The position numbers were made by a program, and so were the translations under genes. Below are positions 1 to 12,483 of a stretch of DNA of 64,000 bases, in pieces. Position 1 is the first letter of the stretch; every line of letters starts with the position of its first letter. The stretch is from Octopus sinensis. Its lineage: Eukaryota. The notes beneath the pieces are model-generated. The model ran no database searches, was not told the DNA's origin, and saw only the letters and a program-made list of their open reading frames with translations. The stretch lies in the NCBI RefSeq assembly GCF_006345805.1, contig NC_043003.1, positions 30,256,001-30,320,000 on the forward strand. The letters are read 5' to 3'.

Positions 1-559
1 TATTTATTGTAATCGAAATGTTTTCCTGTTACTGTTCTCATTTTTTGTTCCTTCGACTTAGCTGTAACCCATTTAAAAAAAAATTATATATAATATATAA
101 TGACAACAAATTAAATTGAAGTTGTTGGAGTTGATTAAATGAGTTTAGTTTTGTAGAAACGGTTTCCTGGATACACTTGGTTATCCCCGGGTATCTATAT
201 TCCATGTACATTACTACTCTGAGTTTCGAAAGAAAGGTTTCTAGTTTTAATCTAGTCCATAACTGGTCAAAGCTTATTCTAATGACCACATCATCTGTGG
301 ATACTCAGAGGCTAGCACTGCTCACTTATTAGATGAAGTATGTTTTACATATAGTGAATGTAAAATGATTTTTAGGGTTGATGTCATTATTAGAGGACAT
401 CTCAAAGTATGTTAAATCAATGTACAGGAGTCTTCACCAAAATTTTTAACTTGCTTCTCACAGTGATTATTACATGCTTCAAACTAGGGACTGTTGTGAC
501 AGTACTTTAGTTATTACTTGTATCTGTTCAACACTCATTGTGATCATTACGAAGTATCA

Positions 560-1250
560 TTGCTTATTGTGTTATACTGACAAAGATATCCTAGAGTATC
601 ACCAATTGGAATGGAGTTTTCACTTGCTCTTATAGCAAATGATGGTCTGTGAGCCTTGTTCCATGAATTGAGAATATTAATTGGTTTAAGAATACTTGGA
701 ATTTGATATTTTTTATGTCATCCTGATTACTTTATACACCTTTATGCTGACTCATCTGAATGTTGCAATATTGTTGTTTTTATTAACAAACATACCTCAT
801 TATTCATGCACAATCTTGTTGGAAAATACATCGATGCCTGTTGGAACTTCATTTCCACCTACTGCTCCAGGGCAATTGAAGTTATAAAAATATTAGAAAG
901 AATTGATGAGATAGTCTTTCAAAAGATTGTTCAACAATATCTTCAGAAAAAATGTAAATTAACAAACTAAATTTCTGGTGTATCATGCTGCTGTTCCAAC
1001 CTTACTTGTGGAAATGGTCTTTTGAGTCTTTAGGAATAGCTGAAATCAACAGCATTGAAATCATCATCAACAAAAATCAGTTTACATGGACAGGTTATGT
1101 ACACTAAATGAGCAACAGCAGGCTTCTCCATTAGATCTTTTACAGTAAACTCAGCACCAGCAAAAGACCTTGCAAGTGCCCTCTGTGATGTTATATAAAG
1201 ATTAACTCAAACTATGAAGAAGACTAACATCCACTTCAAAACTGAGGAAG
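560..1250 (+). mobile_element. Highly decayed RTE-clade LINE, reverse-transcriptase C-terminal region
   Basis: Manual translation gives LLCYTDKDIL (~564-590, resembling LLYADD) and SIEIIINKNQFTWTGYVH*MSNSRLLH*IFYSKLSTSKRP (~1051-1180). The latter matches the RTE C-terminal pattern (..QLRWxGHVxRM..RLPxxIFYxEL..GKR). Many stops. Confidence 0.5.
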
Positions 1251-1559
1251 TACTAGTAACAGATTACAAATTCTGACATCAAAATTATCTCAACTGCTAC
1301 AGAATTGTTTGAAGAACATTATCACAGAAATAAAGGTGAAAAATCTGTCACTCCCAATCATGTCTTATTTTGCCTGCAAAGTGCAGCTTATATGAATGCC
1401 TGTTTCATCAAGAGATTGGTTTTCTCACTCAGCAAAAGTAACATCACAACAAATAAGAAAGGAAAAGCAAAAATCAAATTTCTGAAACAAAGATAGCTGC
1501 CAATGACAATGACTCACATCATTATACATAGGTTTTGTATCAGGCTACCATATTTCTAC

Positions 1560-1880
1560 TCTTACTCCTTCTGTAGTGCCACTCATCACCTCAACCCATT
1601 ACTTTCTTCTCAAACTCACATTTCCCATTGGCCATGTTATCACTTTTGTTCACCATTTACTACATTTACTTCTATCTCAATCTCTAAACATCCGTCACTC
1701 TCCTCTCACATGCTTGCAAACTTATATACCCACCCTTCCCAATCCTCTGACCCCATTCTCTCTTCTAATCAGTTTCTTGTACCCTCTTTATCTTTCTCTC
1801 CAGCTACTCCTGCACACCCTTATATAATGTTGGGTAGCCCTGTATCTCCTCTGCAGCAAGACACCTATTCATATCCTTCT
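1560..1880. repeat. Interspersed repeat fragment shared with ~20870-21110 (inverted), possibly Penelope-derived
   Basis: TCCAGCTACTCC..CCTTATATAATG..TGTATCTCCTCT..CAAGACAC at ~1799-1866 recurs as the reverse complement near 20876-20945. Confidence 0.35.
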
Positions 1881-2049
1881 GTCATACTTTAACCTAGGCA
1901 TGGGCAACCTTTTACAAGAAGTGGACTGCATGAAACATGGCTCATCATTAGGTAGGTTGCATGACTGCTTTAACCTTTGGACACCTGACGTAAATCCACC
2001 TCCCTCTCTATTACAGGCCCACTCAGTTGAGTTGGTTTTTAGTGTTGCT

Positions 2050-2203
2050 AGTTACACAGTAATTCCATTAATGCTAGTGTCATGAAAAAAAGCAACTGGT
2101 ACACTCTGTAAAGCAGTTGATGTTAGAAATAGCATCCAGCTAAATTGGAGTTTGATGCAGTCCTCTGACTAATTGGATCCTAGAAGACAAACATTAAATG
2201 ATG

Positions 2204-2204
<1 letters not shown>
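2050..2204 (+). repeat. 5'-truncated 3'UTR copy of the local RTE LINE family, ending in (GAT)n
   Basis: Decayed match to the 3' end of the element at 55344-57678 (..AAAAAGCA..GTACACTCTGTAAAG..GCATCCAGCT..ACATTAAATGATGAT). Confidence 0.55.

Positions 2205-2255
<51 letters not shown>
2205..2255. repeat. (TAA)17 microsatellite, serving as the 3' tail of the adjacent CR1 element
   Basis: Perfect TAA run read directly from the sequence. Confidence 0.95.
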
Positions 2256-2256
<1 letters not shown>

Positions 2257-3777
2257 TGTGTACAGTGCTCAGGTGCACTACAACTCATCGAAAGTGTATA
2301 TATAATCAGGTGTAGTTTCGGCGGATTTCGGAAAGCATGAGGGCCTTAAAAGATGCAGTGTCATGGCAGTCAACAACTGACGCAGGCAGTTTATTCCATG
2401 CTTCAGCAATTCTGAGCGTGAAAAAATGTTTCCGAAAGTCATGGGAGCTGTGTTGTTTTCTGACTTTGTAGGCATGTCCACGTGTGTTAGATACATGGAG
2501 ATCAAAAAGGTGTTCAGTGTTGTTGTTGGTGAGGCGGTTGATAACTTTGTGGGTGCTTACCAAGTCCGTCGCCAGACGCCGGAGCTTCAGTGAATCCATG
2601 CCCAGGGAAACAAGGCACTCAGAATATGGTAGGTGTCTGATGGAGGGTATGCGTTTGGTTGCACGTCTCTGGACAGATTCCAGGAGGTCAATGTTCTGAG
2701 CAAGATAGGGGTTCCAAACTGATGATGCGAATTCCAAGTGTGGTCGTACCATAGCTGTATACAGTTTTAAATAGATGGCTGGAGAGCGGCTAACAAAAGT
2801 CTTGCTGAGTGATGCCAAGACACCCTCAGCCTTCTTGACAATTTTAGAGATATGCTTTGTCCAACGCAAATCACTGCTGACAGTGATGCCTAGGTCACGC
2901 TCGCAAGAGGATTTCTTGATATCAGTGTTGTGGAGGGAGTATGTGGACGCAGGGTTTTTTCTCCAAAAATGCATGGTGGTACACTTGTCCACAGCCAGTT
3001 TCAGTTGCCAGTCTGTGATCCATTGCTGCATTGTGTCTAGGTCTGATTGCAGGAAAGAGTTGTAGACATCAGGATCTGTCCTCTTGATTTCAAGGTACAG
3101 CTTGATGCCGGCTGCATATTTCAATACTGTGGCATTCTTTAAATTGGCATCTATGTCATTAATGTATGCCACAAACTAGAGGGGACCAAGGACAGATCCC
3201 TGTGGTACACCCGATGACATCTCATATGGTGTAGAGTGCTGTCCTAGAACTGTGACTACCTCCTTTTGGCTGAGGATTTCAACCAGTTAAAAAGGTCATC
3301 CCTCACACCCATTGCAGAGAGTTTCACCATAAGCCTTTTGTGTGGCACAGAGTTGAAAGCCTTAGCAAAGTCATGGTAGACAACATCCACCCATGAGCCA
3401 CTGTCAGTGATCTGAGTAATGTCCTCAAGGAACTCGATAAGCTGATCACTGCAGCTGGAGTTAGGGACAAATCCATATTGTGAGGGTCGGATGAGACTGT
3501 GAGAGCTCCAGAAGTTCCAGAGTGTTTCTCTGAAACACGATTCCATCAGTTTTGCAATACAGCTAGTGAGACTGACTGGGCGATAGTTGACAGGGGATGT
3601 GCGGTCGCCCTTTTTGAACAGAGGAATGACACTGGTAGTTTTCCACTGCTCCGGAGTAGCACCATTGTTGAGACAGTACTGGAAGAAAATAGAAAGCTGG
3701 TGTAAAAGGAAGTACCTGCCATGTTTGAGAAGCAGGTATGTAACTCCATCGAGACCAGGGGAGGCATAGTTGCGCTT
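2256..3777 (-). mobile_element. 5'-truncated CR1-clade LINE (RT domain plus short 3'UTR), inactivated
   Basis: ORFs 3256-3819 (KKGDRTSPVNYRPVSLTSC, QYGF, VDVVYHDFAKAFNSVPHKRL) and 2306-3172 (YINDI, ERDLGITVSSDLRWTKHI, VRPHLEFASSVWNPY, LESVQRRATK, RKHFFTLRIAEAWNKLP). They are joined through GVPQGSVLGPL* with a frameshift and an in-frame stop. YADD reads YAAG. Ends in an (ATT)n tail. Confidence 0.93.
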
Positions 3778-6699
3778 ATTTTGCAGTTTCCTACCAAGCA
3801 ACATTATATTCATACACAAGTATTATACAATTTACTCTTCGTTTGTTGATAGACATTTTTTGTTGCTTGCAGTGATGTCAGCTCCCTAAACTTTTCCAGC
3901 CCTAATCTTACTCAGGCTACTACACATCTGTCACACCAACTTCCACTGATAATTGAGTTACCTATGTAAAAGCCAATCATAAATTCCTTTGTTTAGGTTT
4001 TAAGGACTAAGTAAACAGGAAAAGACCTGAAAACCCCCTTCTGGTGGACACTCACCTTCATGCTAAATTCTTTGAACTTATTGCCAACTCTTACCATGCT
4101 GGCAGTAACTCTGTACATGGTTTGCACAGCTCACACATGCAATTTAGCTATATGTATTTTAATTAGCAATCACAAACTACCAAGCACAGAACCCTATCAA
4201 AGACATTTTCCAGATCAACAAACATAGATATAGTGGCTTACTCTTGAAGTTGTCTCATTAGGACAATAACATCAGTGGTATCTCATCCTGGCACAAATTC
4301 AAATTGTGTATCATCTATGCTAATTCTCTTCTTAATCAGATGTATTAAAACTCTTTACTATTTCATAACTTGGTCCCTTAGTTTGCCTTTGTGATAGTTA
4401 ATGATGAAACTGTTGTGCAAAGTCATTGAGTTTAACATCTCCATTTTACTTGCTGGAGTAGCTTAAACTCTACACTACAACAGTTTTTTTATGAGAAACA
4501 TCTATAGCAATGAAAATTGTAAATTCCTGTAAATTTGTCACAGTGCATCATATTTAAATGTTGATTAAATCATTTAAAAGTTCTTCGCCATTTACTTCAA
4601 AACTGTACATTATAATTTATCCTGTTATTCTTTCTGCGATAGTTCATTAAAACTTTGCACAAATGTATCAGCACCAGAAATCTTAAAACAAAATAAAAAA
4701 TTACAAATAACAAAAGACATAAATCTTGGATATTATAAAAATACATCTATTCAATTCTTTTGTTTTTTGTCATGAATCTGACATGGAATCTCTCTTAACA
4801 ACCTAGCAATCAAAGTAATTATAGTAAATGCAATACTTTACACTTGATCTTCATCAATGGAAGTGAATAGTCCATGTCCTGTTGAGAATGTGCATGCTGA
4901 AATGTCTGGATGAGATGTTAGATAAATGGACTTTTACACACATGCATATGCAAATGCATGCATATACACACATACAAGTGGAGGATCTAACAAAACGTTG
5001 CACTCAACACATTAAGTTAGAGTTGTGTTTCATAACAGGTAGATTCAGCTTCATCGTGCTTTAAGTTTTGTGGGTGTGAAATGCACCTACACCCTCAGAT
5101 GTATGATGTAAAGATGATGAGAACTTTTTAACCAGTTAAAAAAATTTTTAATGGTGAGAATATTTAATCAATTCAGGTTATGTGGATCCTTTAATTAGGC
5201 AGGGACGGTGATTCTTACATTATATGCTCCATGTGAAAGAGCAGACAAGATGTCGGTGTCAGCAATCTGTTAGATTTGACAGCTAACACATGACAAAATA
5301 AATGTTTTTAGGGTGTCAGATTACATATCAATTTGTGCGTTGACCATGACTGTATGATACAAATATAGCTGGTGTTAGTAGGTCACAGTGATAACATACT
5401 GAAGAGGAAATAATCTTACTGCAGGCAAAAGAAGATAATATACCCTGAAATTGTGCATGGGCCAGTTGGCACTAGGGTGGTCTTTTCAGATTATCAGTGT
5501 CCTACAGTTTCAAGTTCATTAATAGGGTATATCTTTGGAGACAACAATAGGACAGATCGTTTTTCCTGCTGATACATATTCAGGTTGTTGCAGATTATAG
5601 TTTCCCACGGAAATGGCCACTGTGAACATTGGATAAGGAGGTCCCAGTCAAGAGTACTCCATGTGATGTTTAGGAAGTTATTTCCAAGGTCTCAGAGTCT
5701 CCAGACAAATACAGGACAGTGGGATGCAGTTTCCTGTTTCCATACTCCTGAAAAAGTACATGTTTTGCATATATATGTGTGTGTATGTATATATATATAT
5801 ATCAGTGGTATACAAGTCATGCACACTGCAAGCCATAAATAAATTTAAAATATAAATTATCTCCAACAACATTGAAAAGTTGTCAAAATCATTAGCGACT
5901 TCATTGCTGAAACCGTTTCTGATCTCATTTCTCACCCCTTTAAAAATATATTTGAAGGTCATGCAATTTCAAAAATGCATATAACATTCTCTCTTTCTGT
6001 TGATACTGCTCTCTCTGCTGTCATCTTCATAACTGATGTCACTAAACAATCAACTGACCTGATGTTTGATCATTTGACCTCAAGTGAAACATGTAGAAAA
6101 GCTCTAAATTTAAAAATAGAAGTTTAACCTCTCACAAAGATATTTTGACCTCTCTGTAGAGTGTTCCTTTTCTGCATAGAAAAGAATTAACATACCAAAG
6201 AAATACAAGAGAAAGACTTTCAGGGTTGAGTCTTATGTCAAATGAAAAAAGTTTACTCCAACAACTAATTAAAACAGAAAACTCCTATGAGAATGTAATA
6301 AATATATTTGCCCTGAAAGATCAAAGAACTGAATTAATTCATAAAGGAGTTAAATAAATAACTGGGCATTTTTTAAACATCTTTTAAAAAATGTTATATG
6401 TATTAAACAGCAATCTCCATGGCCATATTATGAAACTAAATGGTTTGTCTTCTGAGACCCTTGTTTCTCAGTCTACATTTGTTGTACATAGTCAGGAATC
6501 AGGATGATTCTGGGACTGAAAATCTGCCCTTCATTTAATTCTTGAACATTCAGCATTAGGATCTGATTTCAAAGCATTTGGGTTGCTATTTGTAGCAGGT
6601 AAAGTAGCTGCAAGAGGGTTCAGTGCCGTAGTATTACTACGATAGGAAAACAAGAATTACCTTCCTTAGCTTAAGTTTTACTAAGGAATTTAGTGACTC

Positions 6700-6902
6700 T
6701 TTTATATTTTTCAGTCATAAGACTGTGACCATGCTGGAGCACTGCCTTAAATAATTTCAATCAAACAAATTGACACCAGTTCTTTCTTTTTTATGCCTGG
6801 TACTTTTTTTATCGGCTTCTTTCACTGAACTGCTAAGTTATGTGAATGCAAACAGACCACCAGTTATCAACTGGTGATGGGGAACAAACACAGACACAAA
6901 AC

Positions 6903-6915
<13 letters not shown>
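6700..6915 (-). mobile_element. tRNA-derived SINE, 3' half
   Basis: TCAGTC..GACTGTGACCATGCTGGAGCACTGCC..GGTACTT..ATCGG..GAACTGCTAAGTTA is the reverse complement of the 3' half of the complete copies at 34748-35098 and 45925-46310. Confidence 0.7.
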
Positions 6916-6977
<62 letters not shown>

Positions 6978-6978
6978 A

Positions 6979-7225
6979 TCTTCTATAATAATAACTACTG
7001 AGTTTCTTAACTCTTTGAATCCTCCTGGAATGCCTTCTCACAAACTGACATTGAAGAAAGGAGCTCCAATTATAATTTTGAGAAATCTGGATCTCTCAAA
7101 ACTGTGCAATAGAACATGACTGATTGTCAGGCAAATGCATCCACATCTATTGGAAGCAACAATCCTCACTGAGCAAGGAAAGGGAGAAAATGTGTTAATA
7201 CTCCTTACATCAGAGTATTTAAAAA
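6979..7225 (+). mobile_element. Internally deleted Helitron: 5' terminus joined to a PIF1-helicase fragment
   Basis: A|TCTTCTATAATAATAA (Helitron-type 5' TC terminus after a TA tract) is followed at once by [51 protein letters not shown], a Helitron PIF1 C-terminal motif. Confidence 0.85.
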
Positions 7226-8139
7226 GTAAAACATACACAAGTCTGTATGGTTAGAAAGAGAGATGCATATTGCCTTAGGCAAGACAATATCATCTTTAAA
7301 CAATCATAATGTACCTCCACATTCGATATCCATGTTTTCATCTGCAACATTTCTTTTAATCCACTAATTTTATTTACATCACATTAAGGTAATCTAATCA
7401 GCCAAATGTTTCACACTGGTTTAATTTAAACTCACATTGTAAAAAGACAACTATGCATTACCTAACATTTTCAATTCTGACTTTTATGTATATACAATAT
7501 ATTTAAGATACACTTAAATAGATACTTTGGGTGGCAGATCTAACCTGTTGCCCAGTTTAGCACCACCACATAGCCTTTGGTTGTTTTTAACATATGGGGT
7601 ATCAAAAGATTCAGTAATCTTTCAGCTACCAAATAAACTTTATTTTCATTTGCATATATGAATCACAAAAATTTAATATAATCTTTCTATAAGTCAACTA
7701 TCGTAAATGCCTTTTTATACCAACACCATGATGATGATTATGTTACATTTTCTATATGAGTGTGTGTGTGTTTGCATGCTCATTACGTACTTTAAACCAA
7801 TGACTAAGAAGTATATGTGTGAGTGTATGTGATGGTGTATGTGTGTGTGAACATACATACATTTTTGTGATGACTCACACACACACACATCTAAAGAGAA
7901 AGAGACACACACAGAGGGACAGATATATGCCTGAGGTGTGTGTGAATGTATGTCTTTCTGTGTCTGTTTTAGTATATGTATGTGAGTGTATGGCAGACTA
8001 TATGTGTGTACAACTGAGATAATTTTTATGTGTTAGGCCTCAGACAATTAAACACACATATCTACACATACATGTGTATGAGTGTGCATGGTTTTCCGCA
8101 TTCGTTATGTCTATAGTAAACAACATTTTATGCTGTTTT

Positions 8140-9062
8140 ATTGAATCCACATCTAATGAAGTAGTCATCTTTGTGGTAGGTAATCCCCATGAAAATCATG
8201 ATATTCTCATTCGTGCTTGAGATAACAACCTTAAGAGTGTTTCAGATAATCATCCCTCTTATGATGCACTCCAGTATCCTCTTATGTTGTGGAATGGACA
8301 AGATGGGTATCATATTCCACAGATTGAACCTGCAACAGAAGAGCCAATTACAAACAAAAAGGTGTCATCAAATGACTTCTATTCTATTTCAGCAATACCT
8401 GGTTGATATGTATGCTAAAGTTGAGAGTCAGCATCACCTCTACATTCATAACAATTTAAAAAAAGTTAAGGGCTAAAAATTATGTTCATCTCCAAGACGT
8501 TCTGAGGACAGATGGTGATATTCAAAACATGGAGCAACTTATAATCCTCCCATCATCATTCACAGGTGGCCCTCAATATATGCATGAATGAACACAAGAT
8601 GCTATGACATATGTCAAGTCATATGGAAAACCAGATTTTACTACTTTCACCTGCAATCCTAAATGGGAGGAAATAAAATTTAACAATCGTCCAGTGTTGC
8701 ATTTTCTCGTATTGCAGCTACCTTCCTCAATAGGGGTAGAATTGCTCATTCCACGTTCAAGCTCCCTCTAAACCTTGTAATGAAAGAATCTCAAATCTGG
8801 AATATTTCCCAAAACTCTGCAATGGCAACAGTTCTCCAACAAACTTGCCTCATTGTTTGGGATGAGTGCACTATGTCATATTATGGAGCTCTAGAGGTAC
8901 TTCACCCTACTCTCCAAGACATAAAAAATAGCAAACTCATGGGAGGAGTAACAGTTCTTCTTGCAGATTTTTGTCAAACATTGCCAGTTATCCCCAAAGG
9001 ATCAAAAGCTGATGAGGTCAATGTATGCTTACAAAAATCATACCTCTGGAGACTTGTTGATC
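8140..9062 (+). mobile_element. Helitron RepHel fragment (Rep region fused by deletion to helicase motifs), pseudogenised
   Basis: Translations include NEVVIFVVG..HPSYDALQYPLMLWNGQDGY, ILPSSFTGGPQYMHE*TQDAMTYVKSYGKPDF..TFTCNPKWEEI, then IAATFLNRGRIAHSTFKLPL and LIVWDECTM..MGGVTVLLADFCQTLPVIPKG. Confidence 0.88.
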
Positions 9063-9069
9063 AAAAAAA

Positions 9070-9615
9070 TAACGAACACAAACACCGTACTTTGGTCACC
9101 ACCTGGTGCCATACTATCTTTAGTACCAACTGACATCCTAAATATCAACTTTCACCTCTGAAACACGGACCATACTTTCAAACCCACCACTGTAAACACA
9201 AGCATAACGTGTATTTATACGTAAACAAAATAAGAACTACTGCCTAAATTTGCCCTTCCTAAAAAAACTCACCCTTAGAACGAATTTACCTACCTATTTA
9301 CCACTGGACAAAATAACATGAATCTTGGAAGGCAACACTTGAAGTCTATGACTTATTTCCCTTTCCTATACCTAATCCATTTTACTCCTCTCACACGCTA
9401 AGTCTTGCTCCTATTCAATAAGAAAAATATACCGTACCTATTGGTAACTGACTTTTGTATGTATCGACTCTCCTAAACATTTGGACCCTCTGATGATGCT
9501 TAGAGGCACACTCACCATCCAAACTCTATCTACCCATCCCTACAGAACACTGAAGTGATGGAGCTAACATGCAGGATATCGTGGCCTCTTGGCAGAAACA
9601 GCCATAAGGAACTGA
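9070..9615 (+). mobile_element. Probable 3' end of a Penelope-like element
   Basis: Weak C-terminal remnant (..HCKHKHNVYL) followed by a non-coding tract that ends in a hammerhead-ribozyme-like core. Confidence 0.45.
9487..9609 (+). ncRNA. Degenerate type I hammerhead ribozyme with extended stem II
   Basis: Layout: CCT (9487-89), CTGATGA (9490-96), stem II TGCTTAGAGG/CCTCTTGGCA around a 78-nt loop, GAAAC (9595-99), AGCC, ATA, AGG (9607-09). G16.2 appears mutated to A. Confidence 0.55.
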
Positions 9616-9811
9616 TCTTTTAATCTTTTACCCTTTTATGTATTACTAGTATATATTTCTGTAGCACAGTCTTTGCATGTGTATGTATTCTTATAACACT
9701 CCCTTTTGTTTTGGAATAAAAAGCCATAATAGAATGTCTACTGACTGATGTGTCATTTTTGCATATCCCCATTTTCTTTTTGTCATATATATGTATATAT
9801 ATATATATTTA

Positions 9812-10050
9812 CAGGAAGTTAATTATATGGCCGGTCATAGAGTGACCAATGGTTTTACATCCATAAAGCGCTTAGTCTTATATATGACTTGTCAGACTCC
9901 AATGGCCAGATATAACCTCTCTTCAAATACTTTGAAGAGAGATTATAAACCTGTAATCATCGGAGTCTGACAAGTTGTCTATAAGGCTAATTGCTTTATG
10001 AATGCGAAACTATTGGTCAGTCTACAACCAGCCACATAATTAACCTCCTG
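9812..10050. mobile_element. Fold-back Tc1/mariner-type MITE with TA target duplication
   Basis: TA|CAGGAAGTTAATTAT...ATAATTAACCTCCTG|TA. The whole element is an imperfect palindrome (~116-120-bp arms) centred on CTTCAAA-TAC-TTTGAAG (loop 9928-9930). Confidence 0.85.
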
Positions 10051-10269
10051 TAAATATATTACTGCCTTAACTTTTAGAGTGTGCTTCTTTTTCATATATA
10101 TGATCCACTGATGATATATATATATATTAAGACACATGTGCTTGTCCCTGTATCATACTTTAACCTTCAAAACCTGGCATAAAGAAACTCTTCCCTCTCA
10201 AATACACTCCTACTCTGTCAAAGGGATTTTTCCTGTTCCTTTCTTTGCTTTGCAAGTTACTTGATGATC

Positions 10270-10452
10270 TCACTAATGCTAGTGTCACAGAAAAAAAAAG
10301 TACACACTATAAAATGGTTGGCATTAAAAAGGGCATCTGGCTGTAAAAACCACACCATAACTGAAATTAGGGCGTAGCACATCTCTGCAGCTTGTTGGAT
10401 CCTGTCAAACCATCTAACCCAAGCCAGCATGGATAACAGACATTAAATAATG
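10270..10452 (+). repeat. RTE-family 3'UTR fragment
   Basis: GGTTGGCATTAAAAAGGGCATCTGGCTGTAAAAACC..TCAAACCATCTAACCCAAGCCAGCATGG..GACATTAAATAATGAT. Confidence 0.6.
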
Positions 10453-10619
10453 ATATATATATATACACACACACATACTAGAGATGGCAAACCTGATATG
10501 TGTGTCATTGCCAACATAAGTGAAGCTTTTAAGTGACATGTAATAGGCTTTAAAAAAAAATCATACTGCCATATCATATCATAAAATGTGTTTCAATAAG
10601 CATTTACCTAAAACTACAT

Positions 10620-10686
<67 letters not shown>

Positions 10687-11422
10687 AGCACTTCAGTTAC
10701 AGGATTATCAAATCAATTCAACATATCAGACTAAAAAAAGATTCACTCTTACTGAAGCACATGTAGATTCTTTGGATGGTACCTATGAATGAAAATTCTA
10801 ATATTAATTTGTAGAATAAAAGTATTTAAGATGAATTATGAAGAGCTCTAAGTAGTAACCCTGTCAGTAAAATGAGTTTATAATCAGATTACAGGTTAAA
10901 ATTATTTTCTAATAAATCAGTAGCAAATTTAACAGACAATTACATTTGAATGTCAATAATTTAAAACAGAATTTTAAATATTTATATAATTCAGATTTTA
11001 GAACAAAGTTTACACAGACAAGTTGCAGTTTCTGTCTATCTGAAAAAGTAAAATTAACTAACGCAAGGAAATAAAATGTAAACATTACATTGTGAAAGAT
11101 CTGTGCTTGGATATTTTCAAAATTCCTTACTACACAAATATGTGAGAGGATGAAAAAAGACAGTTGTACAGAGTCAAGAGTGCTGGATATTACAGCCATG
11201 TATTTTATAATTTCAAATCAAATAGTACAAATATGACAAACATAATAAAACAGTATAGATACTATCTTCATTCATTTTTCCATGACAAAACAATAAAACA
11301 GTATAAATACTATCTTCATTCATTTTCCCAAAATTTACTATAAATTCAAATGTAATTACATATCACAGATGTATCCAATAGTGGCTTGATGTAATATTGT
11401 GAAATATTTCTCAATTTTAATA

Positions 11423-11590
11423 GGCACAAGCATAGATGTATGATCAATAAGTTTGCTTCCCAACCATATGGCTTCTTGTTCAGACCCACAGTGCCGCACC
11501 TTAGGCAAGTGTCTTCTCTTTTAACCCTGGGCCAAACAAAACCTTGTGAGGAGATCTGGTAGATGTAAAGTGAAAAATACCATTATATGT
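11423..11590 (+). mobile_element. tRNA-derived CORE-like SINE, 5' half
   Basis: tRNA-like head followed by CACCTTAGGCAAGTGTCTTC (CORE-domain-like motif) and AAAACCTTGTGAG. Confidence 0.65.
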
Positions 11591-11619
11591 ATATGTATAT
11601 ATATAAATTTGGAAATATG

Positions 11620-12058
11620 CTGTGTGTGAGAATACCCGGCAGGACAAGTGAGACCATAACCCGTGGCCTTTACCTGTGATGTAGCCAGTCCACTTATGCA
11701 TACCTTTCTTTCTTTGGACACAAAACTTTGCTTGTGAAGACCTGTTGAGGCAAGTGAAATTGAAATCGATCAAAAATCAATGGAAATTGTAGTTGTGATA
11801 CCAGTGCTGGTGGCATGTAAAAAGCACCATCCGAACATGGCTGTTGCCAGCTCTGCCTCAACTGACTTCCATGCTGGTGGCACGTAAAAAGCACCCACTA
11901 CACTCACGGAGTGGTTGGCGTTAGGAAGAGCATCCAGCTGTAGAAACACTGCCAGATCAGACTGGAGCCTGGTGCAACCTCCTGGCTTCCTAGACCCCGG
12001 TCGAACCGTCCAACCCATGCTAGCATGGAAAACAGACGTTAAACGACGATGATGATGA
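11620..12058 (+). repeat. RTE-family 3'UTR copy (longer), ending in (GAT)n
   Basis: Reverse complement of the 3'UTR at 55344-56060. Contains two GCA(C/T)GTAAAAAGCACC units and ends GTTAAACGACGATGATGATGAT. Confidence 0.85.
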
Positions 12059-12483
12059 TATATATGAGTGTGTGTGTGTCTGTATTTATTTACATCTGAA
12101 CTTGCTTATTTGAAAGTCACATCATATCTGTGGTGTTCTGAAGACATTTCTCCTGTCAACAGATTGCCCAATCACTTCTGCCAAAGTTATGTGGAATAAG
12201 AGATCCATTACTTGAAAAACAAGCAAAGATAAGCATCAGAATGAGTATCTAGCCATAAAAGAATGCCTCAGTAACATGTTTGTCTAACTCATGCTAGTAC
12301 GTAAAAAGGGATATAAAACAGACAAATAAAATTGTTGTTTAAATGTATTGCTGACAAATTACATCAGTATTTTGAGATTATATTTTGCCACAAATCTCAA
12401 ACTTATTTGGTTTATTATTTTTGAACATGCATAGAACAAGTTGTATGAGCATTCTGAAACAGAGACACATCTATCCACAGAAG

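Noticed and set aside
3900-5720. Possible decayed LTR gag or LINE RT remnants
   Set aside because: Only vague motif similarity, not enough to assign a class without a profile search.
6440-6660. Minus-strand peptide ..TALNPLAATLPATNSNPNA.. resembling a PAM2-like motif or a decayed exon
   Set aside because: It contains several stops, has no supporting splice sites, and I could not recognise a family.
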